Positions 42,601 to 61,102 of a DNA stretch of 64,000 bases are shown in pieces (position 1 is the stretch's first letter; every line of letters starts with the position of its first letter). Below the pieces are notes generated by a model. It was given only the letters and a program-made list of their open reading frames with translations. It did no database searches and was not told the origin of the DNA. Both the position numbers and the translations under genes were made by a program. This stretch comes from Lingula anatina (lineage: Eukaryota > Animalia > Brachiopoda): the NCBI GenBank assembly GCA_051362555.1, contig CM120641.1, positions 26,914,401 through 26,978,400 of the forward strand. The letters run 5' to 3'.

Positions 42601-45600
42601 TTAAAACATTTTTCTGTGACACACGTGCGTCAACAATGATGTTAGTATTGATAGAAGAATTCATCGTTTACAATGGTTGCAGTTGCCTCTTACTCCATCC
42701 GTGGTCAATTTGGGTTATGGAACAGAGGTTGAGGAATATTAAATCGAAATGAAATCCTTTTTGATGAAATGAACACTTTCTACCCCACCTGTCAAGCTAG
42801 GGTATAATTTCGCCAAACTTCAAATGTATCGAGTGGCCATACAAACAAAAACTCCGCTATTTCACTGTTGACGTGCAATGAATGGTTACAATTGAAGGAT
42901 ACAAGCATAATCGCCGTCATATTCGGTGGAACGCAGGTGAAGTGCGTTGGATTTTGATTTCAGTCATTCTAAAACGCTCTTGCGTCCTTGCATGCATTGA
43001 AAGTAACCACAACTGATCACATGTAGGGGTTTATTTCTTTCTTTGTCCAAGGTGTTCAAACAGAGTGATTTTTTTCTTTTCTCTATTCAGCGTTGCTTAC
43101 TCCATTAAATTATTGAAAATTCTCTTACAGTTACTCGGTCAGTCACCCTGTTAATTAGTAAGTTTGGAAAAGTGTTCTCTATTGCAGTGACTGATACGTG
43201 ATTCGGAACAGCGATGTCTTAAATACATCCTCTAACATTTGTGTTTAGTCTAGTCATTCCACATCCAGCCCTTTCATCTTTTTTAACCTGCCCTGAAAAA
43301 AAAAACTACCAGAAAACAAAAAGGTCCTTAGAGGTCTCACCGGTGGTAATTCACGGGGACCTGAAGTCATGTGATAACAGAAATCGTCAATTTTGTAAAC
43401 TGAGTTTTTGTGTTTTTCCCTGAATCGATCGTAAAACATTTATCTTGTCTCCGCCAGGGAAATTGAACTCACCTGACTGAGAGTATGCTTGTGTTATGGC
43501 GAGAGATACGGGTGGGCAAAACAAAATGGGGAGAATATTATTTTGCGCATAAAGCCACCGAGAGCACAACCTTTGCCTCCGTGTTGCATCTATTCCCTTT
43601 TCATTAAAGTTTCCCGATAACCTCGTTAAATGACATAAATAGTAACGCGTTTATCTGTCCCAGACACCTTTGCATTTGAGTGGATAACTTTTTTGTGGAA
43701 AAAATGCCCCGTTTAGTTGTGGTTCAATTAGAAAGTGAAACCTATCCCTCGCACCAAAGTGTCAGTAAAATGAATTGAAATTGACTACGATTGAACAACG
43801 CAGATCGTTTTCAAAAACAACAAGGCTGTCAAGTCGTGTCGCGGTCTACCGACGCACATGGAAATCTAGCCCTGTATCGATATCAAAGAGCTCTATTATA
43901 GGTTCTCGCAGGAGGCCGCATCTTGCCTCGCGACGATAGCGACATTTTAGAATTATTTGTGAAAATTTGAGGCGACGTCGTAGTAGGTTCGAGTCGGGCG
44001 TGTGCGCGAAAAACAGGGATACTGTTCATCAAATGTTTCAAACGCATTGTTTGGAAACTGGTACATTTTTTTCTCTAAAACTTAAGTGGATGGCCTGCGG
44101 TGGTAGGAGGATCAAGGAAAATTCAATTTTGTCATTTCACGTTCCTATTTATTTACTTTCATTACTATTGAAAGAACTGCTATCAAGGCGCAAGTACTGC
44201 GCAGAAATCTGGGCCCAATGCTAATTTATCCCGGTTCAGCCATTATGCTGAAGGTGTCAGTTTCCAAATTCTTTTTTCCCCCTCAATTTACCGTGTTGAA
44301 GGAGATCGTTTTAAGAGCTATAAAGAAGAAATCAACAACTCAGCCAGCGCAACAAAAACGTTTGCATATAAAACTGACAAATTTTCATTTCAATGTAAAA
44401 TTGCCTTCGGCGAGTAATCGACCGGCAATCCTCCCCGATTAGATGAAATATGAATCGACAACTAATATCGAAGAAAAGAGAAAATAAATTATGTGGAAAA
44501 AGCCTTGGGGTACAGGTGTTTCAGTCATCGTAGAAAAAAAAACCTTAACTCTAACGCTTTACTCGTTTAATTCCATCCGACAATAGCACCATTTCGCCTC
44601 GTTCATCCACCGCGCACCTCCGGTCTTTCTTAGGCCGCGTCCACTTGTTCAAACGTTAGCTTGGCAACAATAAATCTTAAAGCATTTCTTGTATATCTGT
44701 CCTATTGTGTCTTCTTGTGAACAAATATGATCAAGTTATTAATATTCAATCGATTGCGAAGGATTACCGTCACTTATGACTTCATTATTCGAATATCACG
44801 GATAGCGTTTCAACCCCTTGAGCGATGTCCAGTATCGTATGTCCTGTTTGAGTGCTTCAAGTTTGTCATTGCTAATTAAAAGTAACTATTATACAGCTTT
44901 AGTTTCAGTCAAATAAAATTTGACGATAAAAAGTTTATCAGCGTCTTAAACCGAATTAAGTGATATGAATATTGGCAGGGTGATTTACATGATGATGGAC
45001 CTCGCGGTGGTTGGAGAGATAAGGAAAGAAAATAATTCAATATTTCGCTCTCATTGGTGAATGTTTTTCTATGCCTTCTTCGGGTCTCGTTGTCATTCTC
45101 TTAGTCTAAATAATTCGATGGCAATATTTTTTGAATGCAAATTATAATTGACAAGAATCAAACTGCTGTTGTGTACAGATTTTTTTCTGTGAAATCCAGA
45201 GAACAGCTTCATCTGGATGTATTACTATAGATTTTGTAGGTCAAAATTCATTTAAACCACCCAGAAGTGATCAAGGGAAATGATGTTATATAAGGCTCCT
45301 TTTTTCTCAGAAATGTTCGGTTTTTCTCAGGAAAAGGGTAATGTTATATAACCTCAATTAATTCACCTATCCGCATATTTTGATAAAATATATTAATTGA
45401 AAGATCGGTATATTAGTCTTTATTTATTTATTTTTTTATTTATTCATTCATTCATTCATTCACATTTTTTAATCTTACGATTTGGTAAACGATTCATTAA
45501 CTGACTTGAAAAACTTTGGATGTTCGATCGAAACAGTAGCACCGATTGGTCGTCTCGTGTAATGTGTAATATTATATATATTCAGATTTCAGTCTTTTTC

Positions 45601-48600
45601 TAGATTTCTTTGTTCAAAGGAAACTAATAAGTTTTTCAAATTGAGCAAAGTAACGTTCGGTCTCTTAGGAATTAAATGCTCGCTAAATTTCATTTATTCG
45701 ATAAAACAATCAAGTGTAATTACATTATTAGGTACATATGAGATCAACAAACATTGACGGAAGAATAGTAAGCGCTAGTGTAAAGTTGGCAAATAAGCGG
45801 AGACAAACTTTCGCTAGGGAGCAAATAATGAAACTTCATTTTCCGAATCGGAGCAAATAGGAACATTTTGAAACTCACAGATGCAGGTGTTTGATGTGCG
45901 ATTAAGCCTTTAACTAGCCAGCGTATTGTTGCCAATTTAGTTCCCATGTACTGAAAAAGAAAAAAAAAAAAGAAAAAAACAGAAGAGAAAAACGTTATAG
46001 ATGTGCGTAATGTTTGTGTTAGTTTTTGCAGTAAAATTAATGTCCTTTCAAATGGTCACATCTGGGGGTTTCGAAATCCTTTGTCATTTCGGTCGATTTT
46101 TCCCATTTAAAAAGTTTTCATTGATAGTAAGAGAATATCAGTTTTGAAACGTTGGGGTATATTTTTCACATAATCCATATCGGCTAAAACGAGCGGTAGT
46201 GTAGAGAAAAGGGGCCGGAAGGCGTTAATCGAAGTGAGAGTGCCAGCCATAACAACAATGGCCATTTTTTTCTTAAGAATTCGATCTTGAACCGCAAATG
46301 ATATGAGACGCTGTTTATCTATCATTGTACATATTTAACCTTAATGTGCTTGCTTTGCTCGAAAAAGCAACCCAAGTGAAAATGATACCATAAGTCGTAA
46401 TTGACAACCAATAAAAAAGCAACCAGACTTTTTTCAGAATTGACTTTTCGTGAAAAAATGGTCACTCGTGCTTGAACTGCGATGAAAGTCAATCCTTTTT
46501 TGTTTGAGCATTTAACAATTAACACCACGCATAGTAAAATATTCCACAGGGAAGTCAATTTCATAACAATATTAATCGATGAGGTGTACTATAGTGAAAA
46601 TAAGGTGTATTGGCTTGTTGAACCTGGCATGTTTTCTTTGACATGGCACCATTAAGCAAAGGAAACATGGTAGGATGAGTCAAGGGCATACTTTATTCAG
46701 CCCCGCAATTTTACATCAATATGACGTAACTTAATCGTAAAAGTATTCAAGATTTGGATTATGCACAATTTGTATTACAATTAAACTAGATAATGAAGGC
46801 CCCGTTTTGAATGCAATTCCGTCTGCCGTGCGCGGATGTCTATTCTCAAACAGTCATTCCTACGTAGCCGTGTCCTTTATCAATAGGTCAAAAACAGTAA
46901 GCATTGATTTGAGATCAAGTTTTACTCACAATGGTAATTTTATCTCTTCCCTTTCACTCGTTAAAAATTCATCGATGCTTGAGAAAAGCCGGTTATTTGC
47001 TGGAACATGCTAATGTAGCTGACCTAGCCTGGATGGAAAATAATATTAAGCCTAAGGAAAAAACCCTGTCAATGCGCAAGAGTGGATTTTCGGTAAATTT
47101 GGGTAAATTCAATTCAAATAAACACACAAATCCTTAATGGAATCAGAAACGATTTGTTTTGACTTCTGCGTCTGTGTACGTAGTAATGCTAACAGAGGGC
47201 TCTAAACGGACCCCGGTATCTCCGTTTCCAAAGTGCATAAAAACCTCTTAGTTTTGTCTATTCATCGATTCTGATACCACTTCAATTTCCAGCTGATACA
47301 CAGAAGAGGTGGCTAGAATTTCTTATTCCTCCTTTATTTAAGCTTAAGATCTATAAAGAAATAATTCATATGTATCTTAACCGTGAGAAATCGCAAATGG
47401 TGGAGTGGACTCAAAAAAAGGATCTCAAAAGTGAGAAAATCCTTCCTGCTTTGGGTGCTGAATTGCTTTCCTATTATTTGCCAAGTGTTTCGCTTGAAGA
47501 CACAGGCGTTTGTTATGTTACTTGGATATTAATTTACCATTTCCCCTCATACTTTACGCCACTAGGAAATACACACCATGACGTTGGAAAATGGAAGAGA
47601 GCGGCGTGCAGCCTATTTCCTCTTCTGTCTGCTTTATTCTCTCTTCTTTTTAACAGATAACGCCTTTTTCGCTTCTTGCACGGCACTTAAACGACTCAGT
47701 TCCGTAGCAAAATTTCAAATTCTCTATTCTTTTGTTTGAAATATTGTCATTTTCAATTTTCGACCTATAACATTAGCGAAACACCAATATATGATGGCTC
47801 TTTATAACATGGAATTTTGCCTTTTATTTTTAAGAAAATAACTGCCCCGTCTAGTAACAGTAAATACTTTCATGTGCATGTACAGTAAGATATTTATGCG
47901 GTATCAAAGGCAGGTGTGCTGATTTGATTAGCCGGCGTCAATGAACGCATTTACAAAGACATCAGGCCAGCACCAAGGAATGACACCAATATGTAAACAA
48001 TAACAGTTTAGTTGACTTCTCAAATTCTCTTCGAGGTGCATAATGCGTGTACGTTTGAATAGACATGGCACCGCTCGGCAACAGGAGACAGATTCAAAAT
48101 GACGGATGGCTTTCAGAAAAGTTATTGAAGAATAGTGCATCGACTTTGACAGCAAACTGGCTCAAGTCTCATGGATTCATTCTTCATTGTCTGTTTCACT
48201 ACCAAAACTGACTTTTATACAAAAATGAATTAATCTGAAAATGGCTCAAATTTGTGCGCGCTTTGTGTGGTTTACTCGTCTGCCCCGCTTTGGCGCCAGA
48301 TCTGCGGAGCAGAAGATGGAAGCTCGGCGGGAAACATAATCAGGCATTATCAACCAGTGGGGATCGTAAGGAAAATGATTGAAGACATTTAAATACGATG
48401 CAAAAATAACAATGCCACGCTTCAGGGAAATAGTTGGAAATACTTGAGCTTCACTTTGGCATCCCTCTAACGTGCGGGAAATGAATAACGATTGTAGACT
48501 TAAAGGTTTTGTTAAAATACGTTACATATATAATAAAGATATTAAATTAAATAAATAAAATCTGATTCGATACTGATTAAATTGAATAATATTTCAAACT

Positions 48601-51600
48601 GATCTTTGGGCGAAAAGGATATATGTATAAGTGGATGGATTGGATAAAAAAATGAAAAGATTAAAGAGCCCGCCTCATAATGAATATGTGGAGCATTTTT
48701 AAGGTCTGAGAGTCAGTATTGTCAAAAAGAAAGAAATTACAGTGATTATCTAGGGCATCATGGCACATTATTCTATGATTACCCCTCTCATTTTGGTGTT
48801 ATTTGAGCAACAAAGGCTTCGTACGGAGCTGATTAAGCTTGCAAACGATCCCCCTATAGATTTCAGACCGCGCGGGTCGTTTTCAGACGGATCGGGTTTC
48901 AATTTATTAACTAAAACATATGCCTGGATCATTTGATACCTGTCAGCCCAGTGATTTTGCAGAAAAATTTCGAGATTTGAGACGGTGTAAGTATCCCAGT
49001 TAACGAGAGGAGAGAACATTGATCAGAACGACGCGTGAAGTTGATGGATGAAAATAGTAGCGAAAAATCGCATAATTACTAAATTGGAACATAATCTTTG
49101 CAAAAACGAAACAGTACTAAGCGCTTTATTGGGTATTACATATTACCAGGCAGATGGAATTATAAAGATAACGTGTCTCATAGAGCTTGGAATTGTAATG
49201 TCTTTGAGTTGGTGGCTGTCAGGCTAATTTGACATTCTCTAGACATACATAACAAGAAAGAAATAATAGCACATACATAAATTTCTGTTGTATTCTACCA
49301 CAAGTGCGCTTCTCCCAGGGCCTCTAGCGTGTAAACGAGAAGGGGTAATTTACCCATCTGGACCTCAGGCAGTTTTGAAATAAATGTTAATCGCGAGTGC
49401 ATTTCTTCGGCATTTCGATGTTGCACATGATCTTTTTTGTCTTTTGCTGAGGTGAATATTTTATGGTCAGTGACATACTTTGTAGCTGTAGCCCTTATTA
49501 GACAGTCACAGGTGTGCCACTCTTTTTATTGTGCGCTGTGGTCGGGACAAACTATCATATATATATAAAGAGATGGACAAGCCCTTTTATCATGGTGTAA
49601 CGCCTTAAATGCCTGGAATTGTTGCAGCACAATAGAACTTATCACAGCGTCATTTTCCTGAAATAAATGACAGGGGCCGATGGATGGCGCTGCGATCATT
49701 TGTCCAGTGTTTGAGTATGTAAATGTTGATCTTCAAGTGAAAGCCTGTTTGGTGAAAATTTTAATCCATTCAATATTTGTATAGCTACCGTTGATCGATA
49801 TGGAGCATCTCTTACGACGCTCTGCAGTCGCTGATGATGCTCTCCAAAACACCGTCGCTTTGATTCTGGTGGCGGTGGTGGTGGGGGTGAAAATTGACCG
49901 TGGAGAGCGAAATTGAAATGGTTTCATAAATTAATGATATCTCCTCGTTATGCCTGTTTCTTTTATGCTGCTGCTGGTGTGCCACAACTTTAATCGCAAT
50001 AGTTAAGCAAACAAACCTGTAAAACGGCTCAAAAAGTGGTTTCTTTTTTATTTTGTTTGCTATAGCTTATAATGTGTGTTCCGCTATAAACATGAGCGTT
50101 CTCAAATGTTAAAACTGAGTTGCAAGAGAGAGTGCTTTCCCATTAGTAGACATACGATCTGGCATTCACGACTGTTTGCCAAAACAACCCATATTATTCA
50201 AGAAGGATGCGTAAGGTCTGTGACTCATTGGTACCAAAAGAAAAAAAAAATGAAGACAGAAAAAGGCTATATTTCAGAAATGTTAATAAAGGTAATATAT
50301 ACAAATTGTAAAAAGAAAGAAAGTAAGAAAGAAAAAATAAGAAGGAAAGGCAAAAGAACTGAAAAAGAAAATCTTTACTAATTGAAAAAGGTAAACTCTT
50401 ATGCCAGGGGCGCAAACACAGAAAAAAATAATAAGTTGAACACTGTAGTTGCGTCAATTTGACAAACAGGAAGGACAAATCGTTAATACAGAAGAAAAGG
50501 GTGTAAGATTTTGGCAACACGTTCTCTTTCACGTATCTAAAAATATCATTGATTCTGTACAGCTTAATGTTGATCGTCTGCGCAGTTTTTAATCGTTTAC
50601 GTGCTTTTGATACTGCCCCATCCCTCCCCACCTGTCCTGACACATCAATATTTTTGTCTGCTGTTGAGTTTGTGTTTGGGGAAGTAACTAATTCACAACT
50701 CATTACAAGTCGGGTGCCCGTTATTGATCGGGCAGGGGGCTACTTTCGAAACCCAAAGATTTATATTAGAACGTTAGCCTCTTTTCCCCCCTTTCATAGT
50801 GACACGTCGGTAATTGAGGGAAACGTCGGTAAATGCAACGGGCACCTTCCTGCCTCGCGTTACAGGATAAAAGAAGAAATACCTTTTTCTGAAAAGAATT
50901 TGAGAAGTCTCGATTTTTGGATCATTGTTCCGGCGTTCAATTTGCGGAGAACGATTGCGCAACAATAATATTTTTAAATTATCGTATCGGTTTGAAATCT
51001 CACTTCGCGTGATCGATTCGCAGCTTGAAGAAAAATCGGCTATTAATTGATTTGAAAGGTATCAAAGCGTGAAATGCAATTTACGGTCAAATTTAATGAA
51101 GTTGCAGTTTGAAAGGGACCGTTGAACGCTATAAATTTCTGAAGCAAAAACAAACATTAACTTTGCACTACAAATTGTATGGAACAAAAATGGTTCCTTT
51201 AGTTTATGATCCGTGAAGTATTTGGATAAAAAGCAGACGTTCAATATGCTCTGACTTCTTTGGTGGCATGGCATTGAAGAAGACATTTCTTCAGATACGT
51301 TTTAATAGTTACAAAACATCTGGACCACTGCGATTTTGATATCACCCCCAACAGATGTCAAATTTTCGCGTCTGATACTAATTAAACTTTAAAGTCCCTT
51401 ACACCTAAACAACCCAGTTGTGAAATTCATCAAAAATTCATGACCATTCACTCTTATATTGAATATCCATTACAGATAAACAGTATTTGTATTGCTATAA
51501 TACCTTGCTAAGACTGAACAACATCTGTGTATTGTGAAGGAGTGCTTTTCTTAAGTGTACGGATTTTGTGATAATTGGCAATTGTTTCGTCTTACAGTTT

Positions 51601-52779
51601 CTTTAATAATTGAGCCGGGTTCTTTTCTTTACGCAAGGCTCGTGTTAAACAGATCAAGAAAAAAAAAAAAAAACTACTTCGATATGCTCGCAGCAGCTCT
51701 TCAAAGTTTTTGTCTTCATTTTGCTCTCGATTCAAACAAAGGTGATTCCTTCAACCGCACAGCGGAGCCGTTACTTGTCTACTGAAACAAGTGCAAAGAA
51801 AACTGTCAAATGATCATCTTTTATCCTCTGTAATACGATACGTCTAACTGCTATTTCTTTCGTGCTGAGATAATCACAAAATACATGGTTAACTTATAAT
51901 TTTCTTTTTGCAGTGCTTCTTCACGTGTGAACGCTGGGAGACTCTGGTGGGAGATTCGAAGCCGACATTGCCATTACGTCAGATGCGTTTCCCTCCCGCT
52001 CTGACGTGAGTCAGGTGGGCGGGACCGAAACCTCTGACGCAGAGGATCAAATTTCTTTTCTCTTCTGCCCCCTGCCCTCTGTGTTGATCCAACGTTACCT
52101 TACACTGATCAATTTAGAGCAAAACGTTAGAGCATTGGTCCAAGTAGCACTGGAACAGCTGTTTTGTCAATATTAGCGCAGTCTGGGGAGCATAAAGCAT
52201 ACCACTAATACCGGCCCTGTCAAATATTATCTTACCAAACATGTCAGGCAAAGTTGCACAGCCAAGCCGTGAGATTTACCTTCAAGAAACAAAAACATGG
52301 CGCTCAGGTTACTATTTGACTTTCTTGTGAAACAAAAAAAGTTTCCCAACAAATATACTCTCCTGTCATGTCAATAGAGGATAGTAGAACCTTAAAAGAA
52401 CTAGCTGGTGGAAAGCCTCCATAATCTTTCTCCGACATCCTGTAAGTTGGGTCGGTCCACGTGTCCTGACTGTCCTGTCCTACTTGAAAATATTAATAAG
52501 AAACTTTTCAAACACGCGCTCTTTTGCTACTTATCACTATCGACATATCATAATTTACCATCTCATTACATGACAATACATCCACCGCCGTCCTAAAGTT
52601 TGCTATCCATTTCTAAAAAAATTCTACTCGAGCGATTTTGCTTTCGATTTTTTACCCCCGAGCCTTTCTACATCAAGTACCTTACAATGGTGCTACTAAA
52701 CCGCGACCGTCTCTGAAAATAAACTTGGGGTTTTGTGGAGCGCGGAAGTTGACAGGCAGCATTTAAGTGTATAGAAATG

Positions 52780-52966
52780 GAGTGCATGAAGTCAGTCCAT
52801 ATCAACACCCCTTCCCGTATCAGGTTTCACTGATTGACGTGGTTGCCATGGTGTACCAACTCACTAAGTATTGTATGAATATCGATATTAGCAAGGGGTC
52901 GGGAAGCTGAACCAATCAGCTTCTAGCTTACTTCCACTAATGTCGCCTTAAAATAATAACGCCAAG
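52780..52966 (+). promoter_or_regulatory. Six1/2 proximal promoter / leader region
   Basis: MEF3-type TCAGGTTTC (52820-52828), TGACGTGG, X-box-like GTTGCCATGG and CCAATCAG (about 52911) immediately upstream of the coding exon. The TSS was not determined. Confidence 0.5.
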
Positions 52967-52972
52967 ATGTGA

Positions 52973-56901
<3,929 letters not shown>

Positions 56902-59900
56902 AAACGATAGCATTTACTATACATACACAAATATATATATATATAGAAATATATATACATTTACTTATTCTAAAATGAAAATTTCCATATGTTATGTTAT
57001 TCTGTCGTGTCTCCCCAGCGTTGCCAAAAACGGAACACAAGGCGTGCTGCTTTAATTTCCTGGATTTACATAGTACTTGTGGTCAAAGACCATTATGGAA
57101 ACAAACTCACTGTTCAAATTTATTGTCGTGTGTATGTACGAACGTGGAGTTTTTTCAAGTTCTCTTTTTATTTTTGGCGTTTTTTTTTTATTCTGTGGAT
57201 GGTGCTTCATTCGAGAGAATCAAAAAAGATATAGAGAATTAGATATTTTATTAATATCCTGTAATTTGCCAAGCTTGTTTTCACTAGTCCAGCGCTCGCT
57301 CTGTGGTTTCATCAATTTTGAGCTCTTAATTTGGGACTGCGTTTTTTTCTCACGTTTTTTAGCCTCGATATGAATATATAAGTCCTCATAAGCTCAGAAA
57401 CGCAGCAGAACACTTGCACTGCCGAGTCTTAAAGGCAAGCGCTCTTAATCGTGATGAGGACGCAAGTTTGACGACCGGGGGGAATCCCTTCATTCGGACA
57501 AATTGTCTTGTTAGATTTGACAGAACATTTTAAAATAGCAAGAAGAGTCAAAGACAGTTGCGTTAGGTCAACATTTCACCGTCAAACCGCGAAAGATCCG
57601 GCAGTGCTCTTGTTCTTCCCAAATGGAGATGCTTTAAACCAGTATGGAGAGGGTCTTTGTTTGGTTTAGTTACGGTAGGTGTTTCAAAAAGGATTTTCGT
57701 TTTAATTGATGAAAATGTTTAAGCTTCATAAAATTTTGATTGAGATGCCGGCATTTCATTTCATTATCTTAACGTTTCCCGTTTTAGAACTCTGTAATTT
57801 CTAACGCATTGTCCTGCTTAGTTGTAGTTTGTTATGATCATGTTGTTAATTAAAGAGATAAATGGAAAACAGTGTTTAGCTTAGCAAACTCTTCGGCCTA
57901 GAAAGCCGTTAAATCTTAGTTAGAAATAATCTCAAATACAAAAATAACTTAGTATGTCATAGACGCTACTGGTGCTTTTTCTGTGCAAGTAAATATATCT
58001 ATATTTTTGAAACAGTCGCCTTCGCTTTTGAAAACTATTCCTTTATTAGACAGCGAGATACATTGAAGCGAGTGTCCATTAGAAAGAGGTGCCTTTTCTT
58101 ATGAGAAAGTCAAAATATCCACAGCGGTCGTTTTCCGTACTCTGAGCTGTAGACGGATCAAAAGAATTCCATTTGTATGTATATAATATATTATTTTACT
58201 TGTAATTTTATATCGTGCATAATTTTTTCAGCTCTAGTATTTGTAATATTAGACGCTTCCAAAGCTTGTTACTATGGCGGTTGTCATATTTATTAGAATT
58301 ACAATTTAGAATTCTTTATATTAAAATCTTTCAATAAAAAATATCGGAATAAACATCAATGTCGTATTATCACTTGAACCTCAATTATTGGAGTACAGGC
58401 ACATCTATAATGATGATTAAGTCGCAATTATATTGGATTATTTCCCTGATGATCGAATTATCCATAATGTCATGTAGACCTCGAACCCGGCATTATATAA
58501 AGACGGGTTGCACAAGTCCTAGCACGTCTGAAGTGGTGATGTATTAGATCCACTGCATAAAGTAAGCTGCTCGCCACAATTCTGCTGATTCTTGCGGTCT
58601 GGCGAGTCCGATCATATCTCTTCATTCTTACTATGCCAGGGACTTTTCCGATGTTCTTTTGCCTTTTATTTGAAGACGGTGTAGGGTTCCTTTCGGTCTA
58701 TTAGGCAGGGCTTTTACTGTGCACCATTTGTTGCTCTGAAAGGAAACGACTTTTGGGGCAAAAGGGGAGAAAAGGCACAAGTAAGATATGATCTGTGTGC
58801 CGAGTTAGCGTATAATGCTCGTTTTTGAATGGAAGTAAACACACTTGTACACAGTACCTATTCTACGCACAGTGAATCGGGGTTACACATTAGGAGCGCA
58901 AGTTGGAAGTATTTTCATAACGGGTAAAAATATACAGCTCGGACAATTATGTAAATAGATCGGGTTTCCCCAACAAAATTCATACGAAGGAGACTAATGT
59001 GTCCCACCTGAGCTTCTTACTACGTACGCGTGTTAGGCAATTTAAAGGTTACCTAAAGTTGTACGGAGGTTTACTAGCCCAGCTTTCTACCAAATGTCGC
59101 TACTTATAATCTCGACGGCTGTATCCTTTTTTTGCTTTCCAAAGTCGTGGAAACACGAGGACAAGTGCCGCAGAAGTCGAAGTATGCCCCCAGTGAAAAG
59201 GCCAATTTTCGTTTGGTTCAGCGAACAGCGGGAGATCAACAGTAAAAGGCAAAATTATGCATTGTGCAGTGACTTTTCACATTCGTTTGTTAATTTTATT
59301 GAGTTGTTTTAAATGGGCATGTTTGTTCTTTTCTCAGGTGAGCCGTCGAAGCGATGCGAGTAAAAAGTAAAATAATAGTGGAATAATGCTCCCTCTAATT
59401 TGATATTCAGTTGATTGGCGTGACCGTTTACCATACCTACGACGTATATACGTTGCCCTTGACTCACAAAAGTGGCTGGAAAAACATTTGGTTTCCATTG
59501 TACAGGGAATCGTTGGTATTGTTCAGCGTTAACCCGGCTATTTAAAAGGAGTTGTGTTTTGATACTCAATACTTCAGCACAAAAGTCGCGCCTCGAGAGT
59601 CTGTGTGACAAGAAAGCTCTCATGCCGCTCAAGAGCACCACCTAAACGCTCCGTATTGTCACCTTTTCAGCCGTCCCCCTTCAAGTCTTGCTTACTTTGC
59701 CATTTTCCCGTACAAGTGTGTACACTGTTGGGATATCTAAATATATACCTGGGACTCCCGTGTTCATTATGTGGCTGTGGGATCAAAACCCGCCTGGCTT
59801 CTTGCCGTAATCATTCATTAAACACTAGTGTCAATAATACGGAACGTGATATACAGATATTGATATGATCATTTTGTAACTTCTGGATTTGACACAGCAG

Positions 59901-60838
59901 ACAATGAGTACGTGTAAGATTCTAAAGTAAGATTCTAAAAGTATAATATTCTGATAAACCTTCCATGGACTTGTACGATCTTAATGATGCACATTTTATT
60001 TCATTTTGTTATTTCTGTTTTTAAATGAGGATGTCTGTGATGTAGACATTTTAAATGCCATTTTTGTTCGGGATGTATTTGACAATGTTGATAACTATTG
60101 TTCCTGAATTGTTAGAACAAGTAATTATATGTAGTAATAATATGTTTACAAAAAAGAAAAGTAAAAAACGGCACACGAAAAATGGCATAGCCCTGAGTGC
60201 GACAGACGTTCTTACATTTCCTTCAAATTCTGTCAGCAATCACCTTGAAACCACGTGATTTGATTTTTAAAAAAATGCCTCTTTGTCATTATATTCCAGA
60301 TGGTTTATTTAAGAAATTCTTTTACAACAAATTATTTTTTCAAGCTTATCTTCATCTAGTTTCAACAAAATTAATTTCTGTTCAGATGTTAGTACTTAGG
60401 CGTTTCAACTAGGGCATAAATCACGTTAACTGCTTTTGTGTCGTGCGACCAGTTGAAACTTTCTGTCAGATTGTTAGTATATCTACTTTGACATACTCCA
60501 GCTTTTGTGGGGTTAATTATTTCGCAGTGACATAATTTTGAGTGTCTCGAACAACTGGTGGTTACTCGATCCCACTTAATGGGGTATCTGTTTATTTATT
60601 TCTTTGGACTAACGGCGGGTTGGAGTCGAGTGTACACTTTATATTAATGCCATTTACATTAACCTTTCCCGACTTCTCTTTGGCGAGGTCAAACGAAGTA
60701 TAGTTTCAATTGTACCAAACAGATATTTCATACTTGTACAAGTATACACTCTCGAGGACGGAAACGGGAACGTTTCGAGCAACATCCTTGAAACATCCTG
60801 TGAGGAGCATTCCACAAGCAAAAAGGTTCACTGAATCA

Positions 60839-61102
60839 TCATTCCCCCACGCTCCTCAATACTGTACTTTGCACAACATTGCGTACAAATGTCAGATACT
60901 GTTACTGCTCAGGTAATAACATAGTCAGATATTTCGGCCGAGAAGGCCTCACACAATCTGAATGCACTTTTAGCCCATATTTTGTCGGTATTGAGAATCG
61001 TATATCATTCCCTCACGCTCTTCAATACTGTACTTTGCAAGAACATTGCGTAAGAAAGTGGGATACTGTTACTGCTCAGGTAATAATATCTGCAGACATT
61101 TT
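60839..61102 (+). repeat. Two diverged direct repeats of about 95 bp, spaced about 166 bp apart
   Basis: TCATTCCC(C/T)CACGCTC(C/T)TCAATACTGTACTTTGCA...GATACTGTTACTGCTCAGGTAATAA at 60839 and 61005. Confidence 0.85.

Noticed and set aside
43975-44000. GGTTCGAGTC B-box-like motif suggesting a tRNA or SINE
   Set aside because: No A-box or cloverleaf stems could be built around it.
50076-50968. Longer ORFs (101-169 aa) on both strands upstream of Six1/2
   Set aside because: Low-complexity or non-ATG starts, no recognisable domain and no consistent exon structure; likely chance ORFs.
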